Below, piece after piece: positions 33,829 to 34,020 of a stretch of DNA of 34,020 bases. The DNA comes from a virus. Lineage: Duplodnaviria > Caudoviricetes. The translations under genes were made by a program, and so were the position numbers. Location: the IMG/VR virus record IMGVR_UViG_3300005573_000208, positions 1 through 34,020 of that record. The stretch is one strand, 5' to 3'. Position 1 is the first letter of the stretch. Every line of letters begins with the position of its first letter. A model generated the notes under the pieces. It saw only the letters and a program-made list of their open reading frames with translations. It was not told the origin of the DNA and did not search any database.

Positions 33829-33966
33829 ATAAAACACGAAAATGTCTTATAAACGATTCTAACGCATTTAAGACTAAAAATTTTTTTGCGCAAAATCGGG
33901 ATGACTCATAGTATTATGGGTGGCGGGGCGGGGGCTTCAGGGGGGGGCTTGGGAATTCTGGAAAAA

Positions 33967-33987
33967 TTCAATAAAATCAATGAGTTA
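33967..33987. promoter_or_regulatory. IHF-consensus site
   Basis: AATCAAtgagTTA, within a 21-mer that matches 3298-3318 at 20/21. Confidence 0.6.
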
Positions 33988-34020
33988 GATAAAGCCTATC
34001 TGATAGCAAACTTCCTTATA

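Larger units (their letters stand above)
1..34020. mobile_element. Tailed bacteriophage or prophage, near-complete genome, podovirus-like morphogenesis module
   Basis: Terminase-portal-scaffold-capsid-adaptor-nozzle-ejection-lysis order on the - strand and recombination/replication genes on the + strand. No tape-measure, tube or sheath genes and no host housekeeping genes recognised. Confidence 0.95.

Noticed and set aside
1-34020. Terminal direct repeats or attL/attR
   Set aside because: No end-to-end match was seen. The left end starts mid-gene, so completeness and prophage status are undetermined.

Overview
The window looks like most of a tailed-phage genome with podovirus/P22-like morphogenesis, arranged as two convergent arms. 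The + arm (1-12624) holds early and replication genes: a truncated clamp-loader-like AAA+ ATPase, many small CxxC proteins, an N6-adenine methyltransferase with a 16-aa repeat insert, two tandem catalytic-domain-only tyrosine recombinases, a PD-(D/E)XK exonuclease, a putative annealing protein, a DUF669-like SSB, an initiator with internal iterons, a DnaC-like loader and RusA. The - arm (33544-12636) holds late genes: terminase, GroES, portal, scaffold, major capsid, adaptor, nozzle, three putative ejection proteins, an amidase endolysin and holin-like proteins. The most striking unexplained signal is a perfect 30-bp inverted repeat (within a ~70-bp similar block) 24.7 kb apart, one copy ~600 bp from the putative origin and the other upstream of terminase. 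It co-occurs with IHF-consensus sites and a FimB/FimE-sized recombinase pair, one of which looks catalytically dead. I did not recognise a repressor, tail fibre, tRNA or CRISPR array. All protein calls come from motifs and synteny read by eye, with no database searches.
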